64,000 nt of DNA, taken from positions 2,368,001-2,432,000 of the forward strand of contig CP000071.1 of NCBI GenBank assembly GCA_000002445.1. Direction: 5' to 3'. Positions 28,249-38,018 of this stretch are shown here, piece after piece; position 1 is the stretch's first letter; every line of letters starts with the position of its first letter. Position numbers and translations under genes: made by a program. Origin of the DNA: Trypanosoma brucei. Lineage: Eukaryota. The notes under the pieces are model-generated. The model saw only the letters and a list, made by a program, of their open reading frames with translations. It was not told where the DNA came from and did not search any database.

Positions 28249-30639
28249 GCATTTTACCTATGTGCTGCGTACTCGCATTTTACGTTTAGTAAATGGTTAT
28301 CGAACTATTTTGGAATATGTTTGTTTTTCTTTCAGTCTGTGTGTAGTACACTGTTGCCTTAGCTTTTTTCGTAGTGTCTCCTCTATTGCCTCTGTCACCA
28401 TTAGTTTACCGCAGATAATGAATTGTACCATTACTAATTTTGTGTTGCGTTTTGATGAAAACTAAAACTTTGAAGGTTTGCATGTCTTGACATTGCATGG
28501 TTTTGTGTGTTGGGTGAAACATCCTTTACGGTTTTTGTACCATAATGCGGACCCCCTAACGTAATTGTGTGTTTTTTCCTTGTCTTTACCTACCCACAGT
28601 TCTTGTCACAGTATGCTTCAATTTGCTATTGCATGTGTTCTGGCCAGCGGCTCAAACTATGACTTTTTCTTCTCTTTCCCCATTTGTCACATTACCTGAT
28701 ACATGTGTGTGTATTGTGCATTTGATAATGAATGGTTATTACTGTTTCATTTTTATAGCAGTTTTACCAAGGAGATGCGGACCAGAACAACAATGACGAG
28801 CGGTGCGCCCCGTGTGTATTGTGGAGCGTTCGTGCGTAACAGGAAGCAACGGAAGATTTTATGCTCGCTAAATAGAAAGCTAAAGCTGTGCCCGTATTGT
28901 GGACGTCTCGGTTGCAGCCGTCACGTTAGACGGTGTGGGGGACAATTAGTGAATTGTTCCGTATGTGGCTCAAATGTGGTGATTCGTGATCTTGATGACC
29001 ATTTTTTTCGTTGTGGGGAGCAGTGCTCCCCTAGAGTTACTGTTGGTGGTGAAGAGGGGTGTTGCGAAGAGCGGAAGGTGTGTGAAACATATGATGCATA
29101 CTATAGTGAATGTAGCAATGGAGGTTGCAGTGGGGACTGCGCTCACCCCGCATGGAATGAAGTGCCCCAGGGGAGACAGGATAAAGGCGATGTCTGTGTT
29201 GTCTGTGACCTGTTGCTAGTGCATCCTGGGGGTGAGGAAGGCCATGTCCACTGCAAGGGTCATGTGTTTGAGTGTACCACATGCGGACAGGTGTTTATGA
29301 CTGCTGTCGAGTACGCCATGCATCTTTGTTGCGGTCGCACAGATCCTGAGCCAAAGTCTTCTACCTGTGGGCTATCGGAAGATACTGTAAAGGATCGTGG
29401 AGGTTGTTCTTACCCCACATGGGAGACTTCGTGTCTCAGTGTTTCGCCATTAAAAGGTCCTGCCCCTCATACGCCAGTTGCCACGAGGTCGCAATCTCCT
29501 TCGTCGATGCTTGTGTCGCCCGAGATCTCGTTTTCGTGCCCCAGATTTATGCAATTGACAACTGTCAAGCCTCCCAGCCGTTCCTTTGAGAAATCATCTG
29601 GTGCGAGCAGTGGTGTTCTTGGAGGTAACCAAGCAAAGAAGTCCAAATCCCGACTCCGTGGCGATTCCTCCACTGAGGCAAGGGATGATTTGGGCAGGCG
29701 TCAACCGAATAAAGGAATACATGCGGCGGAGGGAACAGCCAGTTCCAACTTCAGGGTGTCTGGGCGTGCAGAAAGTGTACCGCGAAACCGAGTGTCAGAA
29801 GAAGGTGGTTGTAGCACAGGCCTAGTTGGACGCAATAATGTTTGGAGGCCACTACCTCTATTTGCGGGAGACGGTGGGAGGAGAATGGGACCGTCGCGAA
29901 TGTCGTCGGCTGCTGGGAGTTTAAGGAGCTCTGTGATGGATTCTCGTGAGCGTGACGGAGAGCATGGAACAACAATTTGGAGAACCAGGGAGGCACAACC
30001 GGATAGCTTCATTCCAATTGTTGAGAAGACTTCACCCTCTCACCATCAGAGTCACTCTGCCACAGTTGTCGACTGTATGGGTTCCTCCGTGAGCGTTACT
30101 ACGATTAACAACCGTGAAGCTGCACCGCTGAGCACTGTTAACCCACAGTGCAGGAAGAATGCAAGTCGGTGCCAACCTCGTGACGTAGCTAGCATGCTTT
30201 CCGGAACGCGCTGCACAGTTTGCAATGTGGCCTCGCGTTTTGGCGATGGTTCGGGTGCGGGGTTGCGGCGTGCGGCATCTTTTAGTGGGTGTGGAAGGCC
30301 TCGAATGAGATCCGCTAGGAGGTGCGGGTCCCCTTCAGGGGATGTCGGGTGTTGTGTTCCGACGTCAGATGACACATATAGGCAGAAATCGCTGGAAATG
30401 GTTTTGGGGCAACGTGCCCGTGAAGTGCTGAGCCAACACTCTCAAACCAACGGTGGACCTCGCGGCGATGCGACTGTGCTTAGTTTCTATTTGCGAGAGT
30501 GACACGTGTATATGTTTGTGTTGTCTCGCATATTTACATCATATACTTTCCTATTCATGTGAATGGGTGTATCCCTTACTTGTTTTTCCAGGGTTTTACT
30601 GTGCACGGTGTGGTGGCGGACGTTGGGGTTGGAATGTCG
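28060..30639 (+). repeat. segmental duplication block A2 (partner of 20153-22810)
   Basis: See block A1. Confidence 0.8.
28703..30502 (+). CDS. Cys-rich zinc-finger protein, paralogue 2
   Basis: 599 aa. Upstream region and first ~36 codons are identical to paralogue 1. The N-terminal ~150 aa has a divergent sequence but conserved Cys spacing. The central ~330 aa is near-identical. The C-terminal tail diverges (extra Cys/Arg-rich segment). Confidence 0.55.
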   Translation: MCVYCAFDNEWLLLFHFYSSFTKEMRTRTTMTSGAPRVYCGAFVRNRKQRKILCSLNRKLKLCPYCGRLGCSRHVRRCGGQLVNCSVCGSNVVIRDLDDHFFRCGEQCSPRVTVGGEEGCCEERKVCETYDAYYSECSNGGCSGDCAHPAWNEVPQGRQDKGDVCVVCDLLLVHPGGEEGHVHCKGHVFECTTCGQVFMTAVEYAMHLCCGRTDPEPKSSTCGLSEDTVKDRGGCSYPTWETSCLSVSPLKGPAPHTPVATRSQSPSSMLVSPEISFSCPRFMQLTTVKPPSRSFEKSSGASSGVLGGNQAKKSKSRLRGDSSTEARDDLGRRQPNKGIHAAEGTASSNFRVSGRAESVPRNRVSEEGGCSTGLVGRNNVWRPLPLFAGDGGRRMGPSRMSSAAGSLRSSVMDSRERDGEHGTTIWRTREAQPDSFIPIVEKTSPSHHQSHSATVVDCMGSSVSVTTINNREAAPLSTVNPQCRKNASRCQPRDVASMLSGTRCTVCNVASRFGDGSGAGLRRAASFSGCGRPRMRSARRCGSPSGDVGCCVPTSDDTYRQKSLEMVLGQRAREVLSQHSQTNGGPRGDATVLSFYLRE

Positions 30640-31859
30640 AGAAGGATAATGAAAATCTCGTAGAGGCTAATGGAAGCTTTCGACCGGCGTTGTTGTGGTA
30701 TGCAATCGGTGACTGATGTTACCACGGTCGTGTCTCGTCTTTGTGGCATGTACAGTTTGGACGTGTTGGCGGTCTTTTTGACTTTGCCTTCTACATTATT
30801 CGCATTTTCCCCTTTCTTTTCTTTACTCGTTTTTCTCGTATACGATGTGTTGTTTACGTGATTACTGTATTTATGGTCTCACATGGTTGGCATAGTTGAA
30901 TATTCTTTGACTGGTTCTGTAGTTGTTAGTACTGTTTTACTTTTCGTTTACTTTAGATGAATGTGATTGCTGTTGTACCGAATTCGTTTTGGTGTAATAA
31001 TTTTCGTTGTTGCGGCTGCAGCGTCTGCCGTTCAGACGTGCGAGCATTGTAGAAATAATGTTAAGGGTTCCTCCTGTTTTCATGGCTTTCCTTTTTTTTT
31101 TTGTCCATAAGTTTACTACCTGAAGATCGCATCTCACTTTGAAGGCGCTTCAGCTGCAGTGTCGTTAGTTAGCTGCTTGATCTTGACCATTTGGGGGGCG
31201 TGTACAATCTTTTAAAATGCAGCAGCCCTTATTTCCTGGGACAGGGAGAGGTGGCTATGTTTTGAAAAAAAAAAACGTATGCCGTTGTTTGTCATCTGTG
31301 GAGCAAGCTGTACTCAAGATTATTTTCCTGCTTTCCCCCCTTTTTTCTAATTAATGTATAAATACAGCTAACCAAGTGTAGATATAACTTATTTGTGTGT
31401 GGAAGGCGTGTGTTTGGACGATGCGATTACCTCGGGGGATGTATGGATGAACAAAAAGATGCTACATGCAGTATCGTTTCCATTTCAGTGACTTCACTGT
31501 ATGCTGAAGGTGCCTACTGCCAGTTGTGGGCGTTTCAACCTGCGCGTGCGCGGAATGTTTCTGCGGCGATTAATTCCACCTTGAATTACATGCAGCCGCT
31601 TTCCACCTGTTTTCAAATTACGTATTGGCACACTGGCACCCAAATGGTGGCCAAAACTTACTTTTAGTCATATATTTCTATAGTCCTCCGCTTTGACTTG
31701 TTTCCCCCCTCTCTCGCTGAGCAACTAAAGAAACAGTGACAATAACATCAGCGTCATCGGCAGCTGTATTAGTCGTAAAGGTAGCGTCATTCGTAACGGT
31801 AGCGGCAGTGACCCAATAACAAAGAGGGAACAAAATCAAGCATACTAATACACACACCA

Positions 31860-32666
31860 ATGCTATTCATCAGAATATTAAACCCATTATTGTTGATGTT
31901 GCTTCTGCCTATTTTTTCGCACTTCGCCGCAACCACATCCGAAAAAGATGGCTACACGAAGCTCAGCGAAGAGGAGGAGCAGCAGCTGGACAACTGCCGC
32001 GCCTGCATGGCACTCACTGCTGTGTTCATGGAGGAGGTTATGAAACCAACGGAGAAATTGCAGCATCAACTCCACCAGCAGCAGCAGCAGGAGGGGAGCG
32101 CGCCCCGGACGCCGAAAAATAGCGACGCTGTGCGGTCGGGTGAGAGGCAGCGGCTCGTCACGAATGTACATGATGCCATTGACAAGCTCTGCGACCGTGT
32201 AAAGGAAAGAAATAACCAAGTAGACGCATCATATGACAAAGGGAAAGAGGAGCGTGATGAAAAGAGTGAAAGTACAGAAGGTGGGCCGATATGGTACGTA
32301 TCTGTCAACACAGCAGCGTGTGAGGTGGCATTGGAGGAGGTGAGCGAGGCACTTGCGCGGGAAGCCTTTGCACAGTTGCTGCCGGAGCGCGTTGCTGGAA
32401 CCCGCGGTGGTGGCCCATCCGCTGTTTGCGAGCAGGAAAATTTGTGCACCGCCCGGCTGTCACAACATGTGAAGTCTGAAGAGGAGAAGGCAAAAGCGGA
32501 ATTGGAGAAGGAGATGCGGCGGCAACGGGAGTTGAGTCGCAAGAACCCAAAGGAGACGTTGGCGTTGCAGCGTGCCGTTGCCGTGGGTGTCGGCATTATG
32601 GTCATTGCGCTGTGGTTGCGGGGGCGACAGTCTGCGAAGCCAGAAGGTGACGTGAAGAAGGACTGA
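31860..32666 (+). CDS. hypothetical type I membrane protein (signal peptide, charged/coiled ectodomain, single C-terminal TM)
   Basis: N-terminal hydrophobic MLFIRILNPLLLMLLLPIFSHFAA and C-terminal VAVGVGIMVIALWL followed by a basic tail. 268-aa ATG ORF. Confidence 0.45.
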   Translation: MLFIRILNPLLLMLLLPIFSHFAATTSEKDGYTKLSEEEEQQLDNCRACMALTAVFMEEVMKPTEKLQHQLHQQQQQEGSAPRTPKNSDAVRSGERQRLVTNVHDAIDKLCDRVKERNNQVDASYDKGKEERDEKSESTEGGPIWYVSVNTAACEVALEEVSEALAREAFAQLLPERVAGTRGGGPSAVCEQENLCTARLSQHVKSEEEKAKAELEKEMRRQRELSRKNPKETLALQRAVAVGVGIMVIALWLRGRQSAKPEGDVKKD

Positions 32667-32852
32667 TGAGTTTTCTTTCTCTTCCGATTCCCCTCAATAA
32701 TCAACGTTAGAAGGAGTTGTCCACTGAAAGGCTGTGTATTCGAGCCGGAGTTGCAACGTTTCAGTGACTTGGTTGCTTCCATGAACTAATGGGGGGGAGA
32801 GGTACGCCGCAGGGTTCTCCCTCGTGGTGTGCCCTTGTTTGTGCAATGGTTT

Positions 32853-32856
<4 letters not shown>

Positions 32857-32886
<30 letters not shown>
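32857..32886. repeat. (TG)15 microsatellite. A second (TG)12 at 33158-33182 lies ~300 bp downstream in the same intergenic region
   Basis: Direct reading. Confidence 0.9.
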
Positions 32887-32890
<4 letters not shown>

Positions 32891-33398
32891 CTGAAACAAC
32901 GCACTCGCCGAAAGCATCATTTTTTTTTTTTTCAAAGCATCACGACTCTTACCATTACCGTTGCCGTAAGTTTGATCACCTGCAGCTCAGTCACCGTTAA
33001 CTTTTGTTCCTGCTGAACCTTGCACTGCTGTTCCCTTTCCTTGGATCTCTGAGCGTCGCGTTAAAGGAGGTAAAGCGGGTGTAAGTGGGGTTGACACACT
33101 GGCAAACATCAATAACACCGGCTTTTCACCTTCTTTGTTGTTGTTGTTGAACTCGTCTTGTGTGTGTGTGTGTGTGTGTGTGGGGAGTGCAACAAAAGTT
33201 TGAGAGGGTGAGGATTACTGTTCCGTCCACAGTTGAACTCAACAGTGACCCGTAGACATACATACACGGAGACGCTTGTGCACTTCAGTGGTGCGTTAAG
33301 CACCGAACGCAAATTCACTACACCTGGCGGAATCGGTAACTGTTGTGCGTGATTGTGCCGTTCCCGTCTGCGTTTTTTAGTTTCTTTCTGGAATTGTA

Positions 33399-35549
33399 AT
33401 GGTAACGCAGCAGCGAATGATTTTGAAATGGCTTTCGTTTAAGAGGCCCCAGGCGCAAGGGGAGCCGGCTTCAGATGCAGAGACTTACCCCAAGTGGAAA
33501 AGACATGACCGTGATTCGTTGCCGTTCTGGCGTCGGCTTTTGTGCGCTCCTGAGGTTGGGGGTTATAGCGCCCCTACAACCAACCTCAGTGAGGCTGATA
33601 CGTGTGTGTCCTCGCAAACTTTTGCAGGTGAAATGGAGATTGACGACAATTGCGGACCAAAGCTCAAAAGTGTCTTTGCCGAACCACGGCGACAATCGCG
33701 TTCACTTTCTCACGATGGCTACCAACCCTTGGCCGCAGCGGACAAGTTTCGTAGCTGCCTTAATAGCAAAGAGCAGTGTAGTAGTTTAGGGAGTTGTGCC
33801 CGGTGGGTGGTGACGGATACGCGACGTATGCATTTTACATTAGATGGGGTGTCCACCAAGACCTTAACCCCAAGCAGCAGTGGTTCTACCATTCCATCCA
33901 TTCCTTTAACTTCAACAGTTTCATCGAGTGCACCATCTCCTTCACAATCGCCATTGCCACCGGACGACGATTCCCTTCGGCAGCAGCGGAAGGAGGAACA
34001 GAAGGCACAGTTGGTGGCAGAGCAGCGGCGACGGAGGGAACTCCAACGTGATGAACAGATGCTCTTGGAGGAGGAGAGAAACCGTATTTCCAGGGACACT
34101 CTCCAAACTCCAGGACAACTTACCGAAGAAAACCTTTCGAGACACGTTAGAGCTTCAGCCAACATGGCGCCCTCGGGGGACCGATCTGCTGGTTGGAATG
34201 ATACCATAAATCCACTGAAGTCCCTTTCAAGTTACAACGACGACAGCTCGACATACATTGATTGCGACGATGTCATTGATTTGCACGAACTGGACCGTTT
34301 GTTCGAGTACTGCAAACGCCGAGAGAAGACGGCTGCTCCTGCAGAGGAGGCGGAAGTGCCGTTGGGGTACTCGAACGCAGACCATTCGGTTGCACACGAC
34401 AGCGGCTGCAGCACCATTTCCACCGTTGTCCAGCCGCTGCACAAACCAAAGCAGCAACAGCGGTATCCACTTGGTTCCCGTAGGTATATCGAGCGAATTG
34501 TGCTGGCAGAACACTCCCAGCAGGTGGTTGCACTCATGTGGCTGCTTGCCGAATCAATGCGTCATGCGTGGCGTCTGCAGTTAAGACTTGCTCAGTTGTA
34601 CACTTACTATGTGCCGACGTATCTACAAGCAGAGTCAGCACGTAGGGCAGCATCTGCTGGTGCTGTTGGTGTGAACGCCGTGGATGACGGGCATGTCGGC
34701 GGTTGCGGCTGTGGTAATCCCAATGATGAAGTGTTTGGTATTACTCGAAACAAATATTACGCATACTTCTGCTCGGGGTCATTCGATTATGAATACTACG
34801 TGTATCAGTTCAATCAGGAATGGGGGGCAATCTTTGCTGCTGTGAAGAATTATCTGGAACCCACAGGTTCGACAGCTGGAACTACGACGGTAAATGGTGT
34901 CGAATCTGTCGGATGTGAGGGACCCGCACCTCGAGGGAGTGTTTGTTTTGTGGCTGCTTTACTTTACTCGATGAGTCTCTTTGAACGACAATGGGAGCTT
35001 CAGGTGGCGGTGCGGGAGGTTGAGCAGTGGGCGAAAAAATGTTGGAGCCGGCTGAACCAAGCACTAGCGACAGAATCGGATGGAAAGAAAATATCATCAT
35101 CCCCCTTTGGTGAAACTCAGATTCTTGACGGCGGCAACGACGATGGGGAGGAGATTGAAGTGGCGTGGAGTAAATGCCAAAAGGAACCAAAAGATGATGA
35201 AGCGAAGGATGAAGAGGAAGAACATGAAGATGAGGAGAGCCAGAGGATTTATCTTCCGATGGACTGGTGGCGGGCTCAGGACACAGATGTTCAGGTGCAG
35301 GTTTCTTGGAACCGAAGAAGGCGGAAGATGCGGCAGATTCGGATTAGTACAGCGGCGCTGCAGAAGGTCCGCTGTCTTGAGAACGCACCGCCGGTTGCCA
35401 CCTCTTTGTATCATGCCCCGTCCGTCGCGGAACCGTTACCGGTGACGCTTGAGGCACTACCGAACGGCAGAAGCGATGAGGAACCGGATTCCCACCACGT
35501 GGTAAATGTTGGGTGCTTCGGTTTCTCCTTCTTTTCTCCATGGGATTAA
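33399..35549 (+). CDS. hypothetical protein (716 aa) with an S/P-rich N-terminal region, a coiled-coil segment and an acidic stretch
   Basis: Long ATG ORF on the + strand. No recognisable catalytic motifs. Coding-like composition. Confidence 0.45.
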   Translation: MVTQQRMILKWLSFKRPQAQGEPASDAETYPKWKRHDRDSLPFWRRLLCAPEVGGYSAPTTNLSEADTCVSSQTFAGEMEIDDNCGPKLKSVFAEPRRQSRSLSHDGYQPLAAADKFRSCLNSKEQCSSLGSCARWVVTDTRRMHFTLDGVSTKTLTPSSSGSTIPSIPLTSTVSSSAPSPSQSPLPPDDDSLRQQRKEEQKAQLVAEQRRRRELQRDEQMLLEEERNRISRDTLQTPGQLTEENLSRHVRASANMAPSGDRSAGWNDTINPLKSLSSYNDDSSTYIDCDDVIDLHELDRLFEYCKRREKTAAPAEEAEVPLGYSNADHSVAHDSGCSTISTVVQPLHKPKQQQRYPLGSRRYIERIVLAEHSQQVVALMWLLAESMRHAWRLQLRLAQLYTYYVPTYLQAESARRAASAGAVGVNAVDDGHVGGCGCGNPNDEVFGITRNKYYAYFCSGSFDYEYYVYQFNQEWGAIFAAVKNYLEPTGSTAGTTTVNGVESVGCEGPAPRGSVCFVAALLYSMSLFERQWELQVAVREVEQWAKKCWSRLNQALATESDGKKISSSPFGETQILDGGNDDGEEIEVAWSKCQKEPKDDEAKDEEEEHEDEESQRIYLPMDWWRAQDTDVQVQVSWNRRRRKMRQIRISTAALQKVRCLENAPPVATSLYHAPSVAEPLPVTLEALPNGRSDEEPDSHHVVNVGCFGFSFFSPWD

Positions 35550-38018
35550 GGTCGAATATGTTGAGCTCTACAGCTAAATTAAAAAAAAAAATTATTGGAA
35601 CCAGGAAAATAAAGTGGAGGTGAGCCTGGGGACTTACAGGTAATAGTACGGTGTAGGAAGAGTTGTTGATGGCGGGGATTTTTTTTTTTGGTTTGATGCT
35701 GCCGTTGCAGTGAGTTGCGCCACCCGTCCATAGGAACTTGTAGTAGTATAGAATTATAACAGATATATACACATGTGCATATTGATGTGTATATATATAT
35801 ATATATATTGGCAGTTGTGTTAGTGGATGTTAATATGAGAAGGGTGGATGATGGTATTGATGCACGATAAACTGTAGTTTCCCGTGATTGCAAAGTGGCA
35901 ATGGCTGAAAGAAATGAGGTGAAATAAAATTAAACCAAGTGTCCCAGCCGGATTTATGCATTGTGAGGAACAAGGTTCGCGCACGTGAGAGAAAATGGGC
36001 GGCGAGATCGATACCTGCTGTGGCGACTAAGCATAATTTTTCTTCTGTCAACATTTTTTAAAAGAGTTTTCATCCCTCTTGTTTAAGGTGGCTTTCTGCT
36101 TTATTATTATTATTACTAAAAAATTCCCCTCCTTCTTCTTGCTTGAGTTCCTCACTTTTGTTTACATGAAAAGATATTACACTGTTGGAGGCTGCCGCTT
36201 CTTCAAAACGGGGAGGTGGCTGTTGCGGATGTTTCTTACTCTTGTTATATACGTATATTTTTATATCTATGCATGCCCGCTGTGTGAGAATAGATTATAG
36301 TTTTGATTTACTTACTTACCAATTTGTTAAGTCAGCGATGACACGTAGGCAAACGCTATGTGGTAATATTGGGAGCTGATCAGTGTATGTATGTGACTGG
36401 GAAACTGGACACGTTAGTTTGTTTTTTTTTCGTTTGTGACAAGCGGGTACTTGGGAAATCTGCACGTCTTTATGTTTGTATGCGTTTAAAGGAAACACGG
36501 GCGCTTATAACGGTGGTGGGGCCTTTTTTTACCCCCTTTTTTTTTATTGGACTATTTCCAGTTTCGTTGCAGCCCCACCGCCACCATAAGCGAGCCGCAT
36601 GCCCTTTTGCTTCCCTTTTTTTGTTTATATATATATTAAAAAAAAAAGGAAACTGCGCTTCCTCTTGCTTTTAACCTTTCTTTTCGCCTCCGCTTCTTTT
36701 CCACACATTTTATTTGGTTCGAGCATTGGCTTTATTTGGCAGTTTTTGTGTGTGAGAAGTGGCTTTAGACAGGAAAGGGGAAGCATATGAAGCTTTTTTT
36801 TTTTGAAAATTTCGATTGTGATGATGAGATTGTTTAAGCGGGGATCCATTTGAGTATATATATATATATATAAATATATATACAAATATGTATGTCTTTT
36901 CTTTTTTTTTATTATTATGTTAATTTTTCCCTTTCCCCTTTTCTTTCTTTCATTACCTTTTGGTTTCCTGGGGCCGTTCAAACCGATTGTGATCCGTGTT
37001 GTTCCGGTTGGTTGTGTCCGATAGAGAAACGGAAGAGGATGAGAGGGAGATAACGAAGTAAAACGAGTTTGTTGAAAAGTGAGTTGTGGTTGCATTTATT
37101 ATTATTATTATTATTATGATTATTGTTTACGTAGAATAAGTTATTGCAACCATTGATGTGCGTGGGCGTGTATGAATGAACGCATACGCGTGTATGCGTG
37201 TTTTCGTGTGTTGAAGCAAATACACTTTTTAGTGGCGGCCCATCATAATCATAATCATCGTCATGTTGTTGTCATTATTATTATTATTATTATTAATGCT
37301 CCTTCTTTTTTTTTTTCAATGTTTCCCTCCTTCCCCATCTCCGCTTTGGAGTACTGAAATCACACCCTTCGCTGTTTTAACTGTGGTTTCCCTCCTGTCC
37401 ACGTGTTCCATTTCCATGCTCTTTATGTTTCATGTGGGCACAACACAAATACATGTGCCGTTCACCCATTTTCCAAAGGTTTCTGGAAAATTACTACTAC
37501 TGCTACTGATGCTTCTTTTTTTTTTTTTTTTACCTCAGCCTCATGTGTTACATAGGTTTTCTTTTCCCTTTTCTCATTATCTTTGTCTGTTGGTTTGAGA
37601 ATATCTGGCATTTAGATTCTTTTATTCATCAGGTAGTACAAAGTTATTTGAAAAGGAAGGGATTACAGGTATTAGCTCTAAAGGGGAAACCGGTACAAAT
37701 ATTGCTCTAATGCTGCGTCGTATTGAGTATCTTATTCATTTTATTGTTATTATTTTACTACTCTTGTGGTTACAAATATAAAAGAAGTTTCAGTTGGACA
37801 GTAGGTGCGGAAGGGGAATCAGCATATATATATATTTCATTTATTTTTGTTCATCCATTGGGAGGGGGAGAGCTGTGTGGGGCGTTTTTTTTTCTTTTAC
37901 CGTCTTTCTTTATTAAAGTTTTTCACTTTTTTCTTTCTTTCCCTTTCGCTGCAAATTGTGTTCGTTTCGGTATTTTTCTCTTTTTTTTCTCTTTACCGAT
38001 TAGCGGGTGCTGTAGGCA

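Noticed and set aside
20153-30700. Interpretation of the duplicated blocks as a transposable element or retroposon
   Set aside because: No reverse transcriptase, endonuclease or transposase-like ORF. No terminal inverted or long terminal repeats and no target-site duplications. The repeat units are host genes (GT31 plus the Cys-rich gene) with junctions at microhomologies, which fits unequal crossover and gene conversion.
20153-30700. CRISPR-like or prokaryotic defence-island reading of the repeated region
   Set aside because: The repeats are kilobase-scale gene duplications, not short regular repeat-spacer units. The window is eukaryotic (polycistronic kinetoplastid organisation, CCDC39, FG-Nup, p24).
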